A stretch of DNA of 64,000 nt from a virus. The position numbers and the translations under genes were made by a program. The first letter of the stretch is position 1. Every line of letters starts with the position of its first letter. Under the pieces are notes generated by a model that searched no databases, had not been told where the DNA came from, and saw nothing but the letters and a program-made list of their open reading frames with translations. This document shows positions 29,232 to 37,732 of the stretch, piece by piece. The stretch lies in the IMG/VR virus record IMGVR_UViG_3300045988_120470, positions 31,443-95,442 of that record, one strand, 5' to 3'.

Positions 29232-30041
29232 ATGAAAATAGGACTCATAGACGTGGACGGACACAATAAAAAGACACGTTGGGGGTCAGCTTTCCCTAAC
29301 CTCGCCTTGATGAAAATATCGGCTTGGCATAAACGGCAGGGCGACATCGTGGAGTGGGCAGAGGCAAGTGTCCGCTACGACGTGTTGTATCAGAGTAAGA
29401 TTTTCCGCTCGTCGCCTGATGTGGAAGGTGCATACATTGCCGATGAGATCAGGAAGGGAGGCACAGGCTATAGTCTTACAGAAGTATTGCCCGATGACAT
29501 CGACCGGATGCAACCCGACTATTCCATCTATCCGTGGATTAAGTCGCGTGAGGCTTACGGCTTTCTCACTCGTGGCTGCCCTAACAAATGCAAGTGGTGT
29601 GTCGTACCGAAAAAGGAGGGTGCAATTCGTCCTTACATGGATGTGGACGAGATAGCGCAACACGGCAAACGTCCATACCTTACGCTGATGGATAACAACA
29701 TTCTTGCTGCTGGCGATTATGCCGTGGAGCAGTTGGAGAAAATCATTCGGGGTGAGTATCATGTCGATTTCAATCAGGCGATGGACGCACGACTTATCAC
29801 TCCGCAATACGCTCGGCTGCTGTCTCGCGTGAAATGGTTCCCGTATATCCGCTTCGGGTGTGACACCCATGCTCAGATAGCGCATTGCGAACGTGCTCTT
29901 GCTCTGCTTCACGAAAACGGATGGCACGGCAATGTATTCCTCTACTGCATGATTACGTCTGACTTCGACGAGAGCATAACAAGAGTAAGCTACTGGCGCG
30001 ACAAACTCGTAGCCGGAGAAAAGACCTATCCGCACGTATAG
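29232..30041 (+). CDS. radical SAM protein (N-terminal B12-binding-like fold), ends at an in-frame TAG
   Basis: ...GFLTRGCPNKCKWCVVP... gives the CX3CX2C cluster motif. The N-terminal KIGLIDVD...FPNLALMKISAWHKRQG resembles class-B rSAM N-domains. The reading frame continues after the TAG into 30096..30365. Confidence 0.65.
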   Translation: MKIGLIDVDGHNKKTRWGSAFPNLALMKISAWHKRQGDIVEWAEASVRYDVLYQSKIFRSSPDVEGAYIADEIRKGGTGYSLTEVLPDDIDRMQPDYSIYPWIKSREAYGFLTRGCPNKCKWCVVPKKEGAIRPYMDVDEIAQHGKRPYLTLMDNNILAAGDYAVEQLEKIIRGEYHVDFNQAMDARLITPQYARLLSRVKWFPYIRFGCDTHAQIAHCERALALLHENGWHGNVFLYCMITSDFDESITRVSYWRDKLVAGEKTYPHV

Positions 30042-30095
30042 CCTTACCTCGACTTCAACGATCCGAACTGGAAAGCTCCGAAATGGCAACAGGAT

Positions 30096-30365
30096 ATGGC
30101 TCGATGGTCGGGCATTATCTCGCTGAAGAAAACATTTCCTATCATGGATTACGTTCCACGAAACGGTTTCGTATTTTCCATGTATCGTGACTATCCAATA
30201 TTACAACAATGCAAGACAAAGGAAGAAATAACTGCCATAATGCAGCGACACAACATACCTGCGGCACCTGTGCGGCCATTGGTAAAGAAGTCAGAGAAGA
30301 CTGGATGTTGCCAGACGAACACTACCACTACTGCCCGACAACTCATGCTCGAATTGGATTGGTAG
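30096..30365 (+). CDS. hypothetical protein, or C-terminal continuation of the radical SAM gene
   Basis: Same frame as 29232..30041. The two are separated by one TAG and 18 sense codons (PYLDFNDPNWKAPKWQQD). Confidence 0.4.
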   Translation: MARWSGIISLKKTFPIMDYVPRNGFVFSMYRDYPILQQCKTKEEITAIMQRHNIPAAPVRPLVKKSEKTGCCQTNTTTTARQLMLELDW

Positions 30366-30415
30366 AGGAGGGCGACGAATGGCCGTGTTGGAAGGCTGCT
30401 GAAAAAAAAACGATA

Positions 30416-30466
30416 GGCATAACATTACCAAGGTAATGGGCATAACCTTATGAAGGTAATGGGCAT
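30416..30466 (+). repeat. ~2.2 copies of a 23-bp direct repeat
   Basis: GGCATAAC(A/C)TTA(CC/TG)AAGGTAAT-GGGCAT, followed at 30492-30560 by four (G/C)TTAA(C/T) boxes. It lies in the 220-bp gap upstream of 30586. Confidence 0.6.
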
Positions 30467-30585
30467 TGTTTGCATATAGCATAAAAATCATGTTAACAAA
30501 ACGCTAAATTCTTAACATATCGCACACGACGTGTTAATGAAAACGCGATTTACTTAACACGTTCTATAAAAAGACAGTAAAAAAT

Positions 30586-31698
30586 ATGGAGTTAAACATT
30601 ACGCTTGCCGAAGCATTGGAGCGAGCTTCGACAGGACTGCGAAAGAAGATGCTTCACTCGGTAGAGCTGCTGCAAAAAGCAGAGAAGATAGCTCTGAACT
30701 ATGATGCCGAGAACGGATATTACTTGGCGTTTAGTGGAGGCAAGGACTCTCAGGCTCTTTTCCACATGACTCATTTGGCTGGGGTTAAATTTCGTGGTCA
30801 CATGAATCTCTCGAGCGTAGATCCGCCCGAAGTCATTCGCTTCGTAAAAAGGAACTATCCCGAAGTGGAACTGATAAAGCCAAAGAAGAGCATATTCCAG
30901 ATTGCTATTAAAAATCAAATTTTACCCACTATGCGTGTGCGTTGGTGCTGTGCTGAATACAAGGAAACGTCAGGTGCGGGCAAGGTTACGCTAATCGGCA
31001 TTCGCAAGGCAGAGAGCACACGTCGAGCCAAGCGAAATGAAGTGGAAATAAACAACCATAAGTTTAGTGGCAATCTGGACGGTCTGGACGAATACCGACA
31101 GGAACAGAAGGCTAAACGTGCTCGCCGTAAATCTAAGGAGCAAGGTGTGAACATCACTAACGCTGATGAAGAACAGACGTTAGGCTGCATCCACGGCAAA
31201 GAGAGCCTGCTGATTTCGCCTATTATCTATTGGACGGAAAAGGAAGTCTGGGAGTTTCTCAACGACGTAGTGAGGGTTCCGCATTGCTCGCTCTACGATG
31301 AGGGCTGGCATCGCATAGGTTGCATCGGCTGCCCAATGAGTTCGCATAAACAAAAGATGATAGAAAACGCTCGTTATCCGCATGTAAAACGAAACTGGAT
31401 TAAGGCTATTAAAGCCATTCGAGAGGGGGGTATTCAAAAGAGAATATATCTGGTGGAACATCCGCAAGAACTGGAATCCTCTCAGAAACGTCAGAGGATT
31501 GCTCAGGACGCAGGCGGCTACATCAAACATCCAGACCCAGGACACTGGATGGGGGGGGAAATACGAGGCGCAGCAATGCCAACATTCCGAATCTGCAAAC
31601 AATGGATGCAGACAAACTGCAACTGGGAGACAAAAAACACGGGAGTAGGGTTCTCGCAGTACCAGGGTTTTCATCCAGCTCCTCTTCTGACCGCTTGA
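30586..31698 (+). CDS. PAPS-reductase-family PP-loop protein (DndC/IbrA-like), probably frame-broken at a G8 tract
   Basis: ...YYLAFSGGKDSQALFHM... (PP-loop SGGKDS) and ...MRVRWCCAEYKE... are family hallmarks. After the G8 run at 31551-31558 the sequence turns implausible, while another frame continues sensibly to 31838. Confidence 0.8.
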   Translation: MELNITLAEALERASTGLRKKMLHSVELLQKAEKIALNYDAENGYYLAFSGGKDSQALFHMTHLAGVKFRGHMNLSSVDPPEVIRFVKRNYPEVELIKPKKSIFQIAIKNQILPTMRVRWCCAEYKETSGAGKVTLIGIRKAESTRRAKRNEVEINNHKFSGNLDGLDEYRQEQKAKRARRKSKEQGVNITNADEEQTLGCIHGKESLLISPIIYWTEKEVWEFLNDVVRVPHCSLYDEGWHRIGCIGCPMSSHKQKMIENARYPHVKRNWIKAIKAIREGGIQKRIYLVEHPQELESSQKRQRIAQDAGGYIKHPDPGHWMGGEIRGAAMPTFRICKQWMQTNCNWETKNTGVGFSQYQGFHPAPLLTA

Positions 31699-31838
31699 CT
31701 GAGGAGCAAGAAAACGAAATAGCGGAGAATATCTACGACTGGTGGATTTCGGGCAAGTCATACAAACAATGGTATGCCGAGAAATTCCAACAGATGAAAT
31801 TTGATTTTGGAGAAGAAACAAAAACAACACAATTATGA
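31602..31838 (+). CDS. probable 3' part of the PAPS-reductase-like gene in a shifted frame
   Basis: The frame is open from upstream of the G8 tract. ...LTEEQENEIAENIYDWWISGKSYKQWYAEK... looks like genuine helical protein. Its stop overlaps the next ATG (ATGA). Confidence 0.4.
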   Translation: MDADKLQLGDKKHGSRVLAVPGFSSSSSSDRLTEEQENEIAENIYDWWISGKSYKQWYAEKFQQMKFDFGEETKTTQL

Positions 31839-32116
31839 TAACAATCAAAATCAAGACATGGAAGGACTGGAAAAAGGACTTCATTGACTGGGTAAAGGAA
31901 CCGCGGCGCAAGACTTGCAAAGAGTATGTTAATTACATAATGGCCTTGCAGGATAGAACTGTGCATAAGGTTATTTGTGACACTTGCGACAAATATTGCA
32001 ATATGCGAGAGGACCAGATTAATGCCATCTGCGATGCGATGGACCGATGTATGAAGGATTGTGCCAAGCAAACGCGCGAGCTGATTGACAAGTGTCAGCC
32101 GATCAAGTTCTTCTAA
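31835..32116 (+). CDS. hypothetical protein
   Basis: 93 aa, Cys/Lys-rich, translationally coupled (ATGA). Confidence 0.5.
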   Translation: MITIKIKTWKDWKKDFIDWVKEPRRKTCKEYVNYIMALQDRTVHKVICDTCDKYCNMREDQINAICDAMDRCMKDCAKQTRELIDKCQPIKFF

Positions 32117-32213
32117 CTAAAAAAATAAGGGCGAGACCACTGTAAAATATTCCAAATAAACTATACTGAATATATTCAGCATAAAATCAGTATAAAATAA
32201 CATAAAACAAAGC

Positions 32214-32915
32214 ATGATAGAACTGAATAAGATATATAATGAAGACTGTTTCGAGGGGATGAAACGGATTCCGGACGGAAGCGTCTCGCTGATAGTGACC
32301 GACCCTCCCTATTTGTTAGACAATAAGGGGGGAGGGATATACACACAAGATGACAAGCGATACGCAAAGGAACTCGAAGAAATAAAAAGCGGCTTCGACC
32401 TTAAAGTTCTCGACGAATGTTGTAGGGTAATGAAAAAGATAAATATATATTTGTGGTGTAGTCAAAAGCAAATCCCCATTTACTTAGACTATTTCGTGCG
32501 AGGAAAAGGATGCAACTGGAATTTGCTTACATGGCATAAGACAAATCCTATTCCTGCATGTGGCAATAAATACATTACCGATACCGAGTATTGTCTGTTC
32601 TTCAGAGAAAAGGGAGTACAGATATACGGTGATGTCTCTACAAAAGGAACGTATTTCATTACACCTCTTAATTCTACCGACAAAAAGGCTTGGGGACACC
32701 CTACAATAAAACCCCTGGCGTTCTTTGAGAAGCATATCGTCAACTCAACTCTACAGGGAGATGTTGTACTCGACCCGTTCATGGGTAGCGGCACCACTGC
32801 CATTGCTGCCATCCGCGAGAAGCGCAACTTTATCGGCTTTGAGCTCAACAAGGAGTATTACGACAAGGCTTGCAAGCGTATCAAGTTGGAGCAAGCACAA
32901 CTCTCACTATTTTAA
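32214..32915 (+). CDS. DNA methyltransferase (N6-A/N4-C, beta class)
   Basis: Motif IV is ...LIVTDPPY.... Motif I, ...VVLDPFMGSGTTAIAA..., is near the C-terminus (permuted beta order). Confidence 0.85.
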   Translation: MIELNKIYNEDCFEGMKRIPDGSVSLIVTDPPYLLDNKGGGIYTQDDKRYAKELEEIKSGFDLKVLDECCRVMKKINIYLWCSQKQIPIYLDYFVRGKGCNWNLLTWHKTNPIPACGNKYITDTEYCLFFREKGVQIYGDVSTKGTYFITPLNSTDKKAWGHPTIKPLAFFEKHIVNSTLQGDVVLDPFMGSGTTAIAAIREKRNFIGFELNKEYYDKACKRIKLEQAQLSLF

Positions 32916-32937
32916 TATAAACAACACTAAACACCAC

Positions 32938-33165
32938 ATGAGTAACAACCGACACAAATACTTTAACAAGGTTCCGCCGTTCAAGCCGGATCCTGAACAC
33001 TACACACGCAAGCAACGCTCATGGAAAGCGAAGGAGGTCTACGAGAGCGAGGATGATGCCTGGGAATATCTCAACCAAAAACCGAAGCTACGGGCGCAGG
33101 GCATGACGGTGTATCGGTGCAGGACGTGCAGCAAATGGCATGTAGGACATAAAACATCAGGATAA
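32938..33165 (+). CDS. small zinc-ribbon-like protein
   Basis: 75 aa from the ATG at 32938 (MSNNRHKYF...), with ...YRCRTCSKWHVGH. The longer track ORF overlaps the methyltransferase and is not preferred. Confidence 0.45.
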   Translation: MSNNRHKYFNKVPPFKPDPEHYTRKQRSWKAKEVYESEDDAWEYLNQKPKLRAQGMTVYRCRTCSKWHVGHKTSG

Positions 33166-33167
33166 CA

Positions 33168-35162
33168 ATGCAGCAAGCACATAATATATACTTGACTAAG
33201 TTTCAGCAGCAGTCGCTATACATGGGAGCCAAAGATGAGCGAGTGATCGCTGCCCGCCGTGTGGGTAAGACCGACGGACTTGTGGCTCCTTACGTCTGGA
33301 CGGCATCAAGCTCTATGCCAGGTATGCTCGGCGCATGGGTGGCTGTGTCGCGTCAGCAGGGCTTCGGCAAGACCATACCAAGCACAATGGCTGCCATGGA
33401 ACGTATGTTCGGCTTTACGCAGGGCATTCATTTCGGTTGGGGTCGCCCGCCGAAACATGCTCGTGAGAGTATCTTCAAGCCGAAAAACTACGACAACTAC
33501 ATTTGGTTTGCCAATGGTGCCGGATGGGTACTTATATCACTCTCGCAAACCGCCTCTGCCAACTCCTACACCTTCTCCGCCATGGTGGGCGACGAGGCGA
33601 GGTTCTTCCCGTATAAGAAAGTGACCGACGAGCTGATGCCGGCTCTTTCAGGACAGACGCACCCGCTCGGAAACATCAACTTCTCCGACTACAACCCGAT
33701 GTATAAAAGTACGCGCTTCCTCTCGGATGCTTCGCTCACTGCCAAAGGTTCGTGGCTGGAGAAGGAGGAAGAGAAACTGGACTTGCAAATTGAGGCAGGT
33801 CCGTTCAAAGGCAAGACTTATCGGTGGGTGCAGGAGCAGTTAGAGGAATACGCCAATAAGGTGATACGCTACAACGACTTGCTTTATAATGCGAAGAAGA
33901 ACGGACACATAGTCCACGTAGTGCCAAAAGAAACTCGCACCATTATGCGTGCCGTGGCTCTGAAGATGATGAAGCATGAAGGACAGTTCCGCATCATGCC
34001 CAATCATGGCAGACACGTCACGAAGGCAATGGTGGATATGGCGGTAAACTATAAACTCATTCCACAAAAGGATGCCGAATTAGTTTACGATTACGAATAT
34101 CTGATTACTTACGAGGAATATCTTGAAATGCAGATGATTGATCGCAAGCAGAAATATTACAACCTCGATTTGCGTGAGCTACGCCGTGTGGCTTTCTGCG
34201 TGCGTCGTGCATCATCCCTCGACAATGTGGATATTCTGGGTGAAGACTATATCCGTCAAATGAAGCGAGACCTTCCACCCTACACTTTCGCGGTCTCCAT
34301 TCTCAATATCAAGGTACAGAAGTCAAACGATGGCTTTTACTCTAACCTCGACATCGACCACGTTCACGGTTATATCCCCGACGAGATAGATCCTTTGTCA
34401 TCTGCAAATTTCACTACACAAAAGGTGTCGGGCATCATCGGTGGACGGAAAGTCACAAGCGAGAGTTATCAACCCGACTTCAAGGAGTTGGGCGAGCGCA
34501 ACGACTCACGCATGGATTCCGACTGCATCAACTCCCTCCCTTTATATATAGCCCTCGACTATAACGCCAACATCAATACGCTTGTGGTGGGCCAGATGTA
34601 CGAACGTGACGGAATGGAATGCCTGAACGTTATCAAGAGTTTTTATGTGAAGAACGAGCGCAAGCTGCGTGAAGTGATAGCCGATTTTTCGGATTATTAC
34701 GCACCGAAGCGGGCCATCAACCGCGACGTGACGTATTTCTATGATGCTACGGCAAAGCAGGGCGCGTCGTATGCTTCGTCAGACGAGCGATTCTATATGA
34801 CCGTGATTGCAGAACTGGAGAAGCGAGGGTGGAACGTGACGGCCATAGATATGGGCGCTCCTGAAAAGCACGAGGTGAAGCACAAGATTATCAACGACGG
34901 CTTGGCTCACCTCTCCTACCCTGCCATCCGCATTAACCAGGTGAACAATCCCGACCTTATCATAGCGATGCAGCTCTGTGAGGTGCAAATTTCATACAAG
35001 GGCTTTCATAAGGATAAGTCAGAAGAGAAGAAGCCGGAAAGCGAGGACACGCTACCCCTGCAGCAGCGTACCGACTTCACGGATGCCTTCGATACGCTGT
35101 ACTTAGGTTGCAAGTTCTTCCGTGTCGGTGGCGGTTGGTTTGTGCTGCCGAGTGGAAGATGA
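33168..35162 (+). CDS. terminase large subunit
   Basis: 664 aa. Walker-A-like ...AARRVGKTDG... and Walker-B-like ...AMVGDEARFF... Size and operon position fit TerL. Confidence 0.7.
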   Translation: MQQAHNIYLTKFQQQSLYMGAKDERVIAARRVGKTDGLVAPYVWTASSSMPGMLGAWVAVSRQQGFGKTIPSTMAAMERMFGFTQGIHFGWGRPPKHARESIFKPKNYDNYIWFANGAGWVLISLSQTASANSYTFSAMVGDEARFFPYKKVTDELMPALSGQTHPLGNINFSDYNPMYKSTRFLSDASLTAKGSWLEKEEEKLDLQIEAGPFKGKTYRWVQEQLEEYANKVIRYNDLLYNAKKNGHIVHVVPKETRTIMRAVALKMMKHEGQFRIMPNHGRHVTKAMVDMAVNYKLIPQKDAELVYDYEYLITYEEYLEMQMIDRKQKYYNLDLRELRRVAFCVRRASSLDNVDILGEDYIRQMKRDLPPYTFAVSILNIKVQKSNDGFYSNLDIDHVHGYIPDEIDPLSSANFTTQKVSGIIGGRKVTSESYQPDFKELGERNDSRMDSDCINSLPLYIALDYNANINTLVVGQMYERDGMECLNVIKSFYVKNERKLREVIADFSDYYAPKRAINRDVTYFYDATAKQGASYASSDERFYMTVIAELEKRGWNVTAIDMGAPEKHEVKHKIINDGLAHLSYPAIRINQVNNPDLIIAMQLCEVQISYKGFHKDKSEEKKPESEDTLPLQQRTDFTDAFDTLYLGCKFFRVGGGWFVLPSGR

Positions 35163-35295
35163 TGGGAGTTTTTAATTTTGTATTTTTAGTAAGAAAAGCT
35201 AAGGACAGACGTTATCACAACGGCTACCCTTCAAATCAAAAAAAAACTATGAAAATTGCGAATATTTCTTGTAGTAATACAAACGACAAATCCGT

Positions 35296-35610
35296 TTACT
35301 TTTTTTCTTCATTCAGCATATCATGCCGTAGACCCATGATCCACGACTTGAGATTGATGTAACGACCATCATCGAGATTGGCTTCACGCCACTCGGCATA
35401 TTCATCATAGGTGAGACCGTTCTCGATGATGCGCACCATGTCTTCCGGATTCAGTACGTCGGTTTCCTCAAAGTCGCACACTCCACCTACTTCGGCACCT
35501 ATCCAATACCACTTGCGGCAACCGTCAAAAAGTTGCATGTTGACGAGTTCTGCCAACTTATTACAACTATCCTTGTATTGCTTTACAAATTTCTTCAACT
35601 TAGATTTCAT
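35296..35610 (-). CDS. hypothetical protein
   Basis: 104-aa ORF, last gene of the minus-strand replication block. Confidence 0.5.
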   Translation of the reverse strand: MKSKLKKFVKQYKDSCNKLAELVNMQLFDGCRKWYWIGAEVGGVCDFEETDVLNPEDMVRIIENGLTYDEYAEWREANLDDGRYINLKSWIMGLRHDMLNEEKK

Positions 35611-35628
35611 ATCTGTAAATTTAGTTTT

Positions 35629-36183
35629 TTAATTTTGACTTCTTAAGTTAAAACGCTCGCTAAAGTCGTCGTATATGTCAAGATCGTTCCACCACTCTTC
35701 CTTGTCTTCTTCTACGTAATCGTTGCGCACCCCTCGACTTCTTACTGCTATCTTTATACGATCGTCGGGAATAAATACATCAAACGCTTCTATTGCATGT
35801 TGGAGTTTCCACCTCCGCATTTTTTCATCGAAACAATAAAGATGCAGCGGTCTGTACTTGCCGTGGAAACGGTAGCAGAATGCCCTGAGCGTTTTGCTCC
35901 CGTCCTCGGAACGGAACAACACTTTATAGCGATTGCCCCGATGCAGAGCAGCAAGCACGTGCATGAAATCGTAGTAGCCGAAGTTGGTTCGATTTTGATA
36001 AAAATAGACACCAAATATATCACGGCGGAGAAAGTACCACAGATAGTCCATATCCTCAGCAGACATCTGGGGAATCGCCTTGTAAACGATATTGCGCCAT
36101 ACGTGCTGACGTGGATGTGAACCACGGGCAAATCCTTCGATGGCGAACAGAAAATCGTGGTGATCAAAAGACACTTTAATCAT
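35629..36183 (-). CDS. hypothetical protein
   Basis: 184-aa ORF rich in aromatic residues. Confidence 0.5.
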   Translation of the reverse strand: MIKVSFDHHDFLFAIEGFARGSHPRQHVWRNIVYKAIPQMSAEDMDYLWYFLRRDIFGVYFYQNRTNFGYYDFMHVLAALHRGNRYKVLFRSEDGSKTLRAFCYRFHGKYRPLHLYCFDEKMRRWKLQHAIEAFDVFIPDDRIKIAVRSRGVRNDYVEEDKEEWWNDLDIYDDFSERFNLRSQN

Positions 36184-36733
36184 CGTTGCTATTTATAAGG
36201 TTGTGCTTTACTTCATCGTACATAGCCATCTCCACCTTCTCTCCATCGTAATGACCGAGGGCAAGGAGCAGGCCGCTCTCTTCTGTAGCATCCTGCGCCG
36301 ACGGAGCACTGGCTCGGACTACAAAGATGTCAAACTCCTTGATGCAGTCAAGCTGTTCGGGGGGGATAACAGACATGTTGTCTCGCGCATTCTGGCGGAT
36401 GCGCTGAATGTCAGCTTTGGTTAGCAATGCAAACTTGCGTTGCGCTTTGCGCACAGCCTCAGTCTCAACGGTCAAACAGCGTGCCGCGTAAGCCTCTTGG
36501 ATAAGTATATTGTTTTGCCAGGTAGCAACCTGGTTGAGGAACTTCAAAAAGCCGTCGCGCCCTTCTGCCAACTTCAGAATAGCGAAATATTCCTCTATAA
36601 TAAGGATATTGTCTTTTTTGCGCCAGAAGATGACTCCTCGACGACTCAATTTCTCAAAGATAGCCGTCATTATGGCAAGGTCTTGCAGCTCTTTCAGCTT
36701 CTTATTCTTTTTGATTCTAAACGGATTCCCCAT
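36176..36733 (-). CDS. hypothetical protein
   Basis: 185-aa ORF with an 8-nt overlap with the next gene. Confidence 0.5.
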   Translation of the reverse strand: MGNPFRIKKNKKLKELQDLAIMTAIFEKLSRRGVIFWRKKDNILIIEEYFAILKLAEGRDGFLKFLNQVATWQNNILIQEAYAARCLTVETEAVRKAQRKFALLTKADIQRIRQNARDNMSVIPPEQLDCIKEFDIFVVRASAPSAQDATEESGLLLALGHYDGEKVEMAMYDEVKHNLINSNDD

Positions 36734-36745
36734 AATGTTTTGTTT

Positions 36746-37054
36746 TTAATGTGTTATAAATCTCGTGCCGTCTACTTCGAGCACGAGTATATCATTCACA
36801 CCCCTTATCTCGCCACTCTCCACGAACTGCACCTTGCGCTGGTGGCGCATGGTGTCAACGGATAGGCAGACACAGGTGCCGGTGTCTACATGTCCCGTCT
36901 TGGTAAGGAAACGTATGTAGAACGGCATTCGCGCCACGTTACGTGCTGTCTGCGGTGGATTAAAGCCAGTGACACGCTGTCCCGTGCGAGGGTCGTTCCA
37001 TTGCCACTTCTCCATATAGCGGCGAAGTTCGGTGTAGGATTGTGTTATGCTCAT
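36746..37054 (-). CDS. hypothetical protein
   Basis: 102-aa ORF. Confidence 0.5.
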   Translation of the reverse strand: MSITQSYTELRRYMEKWQWNDPRTGQRVTGFNPPQTARNVARMPFYIRFLTKTGHVDTGTCVCLSVDTMRHQRKVQFVESGEIRGVNDILVLEVDGTRFITH

Positions 37055-37081
37055 TTTTGAATTTTGAGTTTTTGTTTTTAA

Positions 37082-37714
37082 TTACTCACGTAAAGGCGGA
37101 AACTCAAGGTGTATAAACCTATCTAATTCCCTATCTTTAATTCGTTTTATACCTCCGGCAAAAATTTTCTTGCGCTGACGCAGCACGTCGGGGAAGAGAA
37201 TATTGCGAAGCGAATTGCCCCAGTCGGCTGTAGAGTTCAACAGATGAGAGGGGTAGAACACGATGGTATATGCAGCAAGTCGTACATCCATTTGCGGACG
37301 ATCAAACATCGGTCCGCTTAATGTCAATGCTCTGTCTTTGTTGTAGAGCACCATGTGACTGCTCAGGTCGCTCACATCGTCGCTTTGTGCATAGATGATG
37401 CGATCGGCGTAATCGTCAAGGTGTTTTGCTATGAGCGAGTCGCATAAGCGGTAGGTGGATAGCACGAGGTGGGTTATCCATCCTCGCTCAAAGCATTGCT
37501 CAAGAAACATGAATGTCTCTTGATTAGGCGAAGGCATGGTGAGCACCATGACGTGAGAGTCTATCACGAGGTGGCTCACTGCCTTATAGAATTTCTCCGC
37601 TGTCACGTCACCATGTGTGTAGAACGTGAGCTGACGGTGGGGTGCCTGATTGACCGCCTTGGGCAGCTTTTTGTCTACGCAGCAAGGCGGAATGAAGAGG
37701 AGAGTATCGTCCAT
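37082..37714 (-). CDS. hypothetical protein
   Basis: 210-aa ORF. Confidence 0.5.
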   Translation of the reverse strand: MDDTLLFIPPCCVDKKLPKAVNQAPHRQLTFYTHGDVTAEKFYKAVSHLVIDSHVMVLTMPSPNQETFMFLEQCFERGWITHLVLSTYRLCDSLIAKHLDDYADRIIYAQSDDVSDLSSHMVLYNKDRALTLSGPMFDRPQMDVRLAAYTIVFYPSHLLNSTADWGNSLRNILFPDVLRQRKKIFAGGIKRIKDRELDRFIHLEFPPLRE

Positions 37715-37732
37715 ATCTGTTTTATTTTTATT

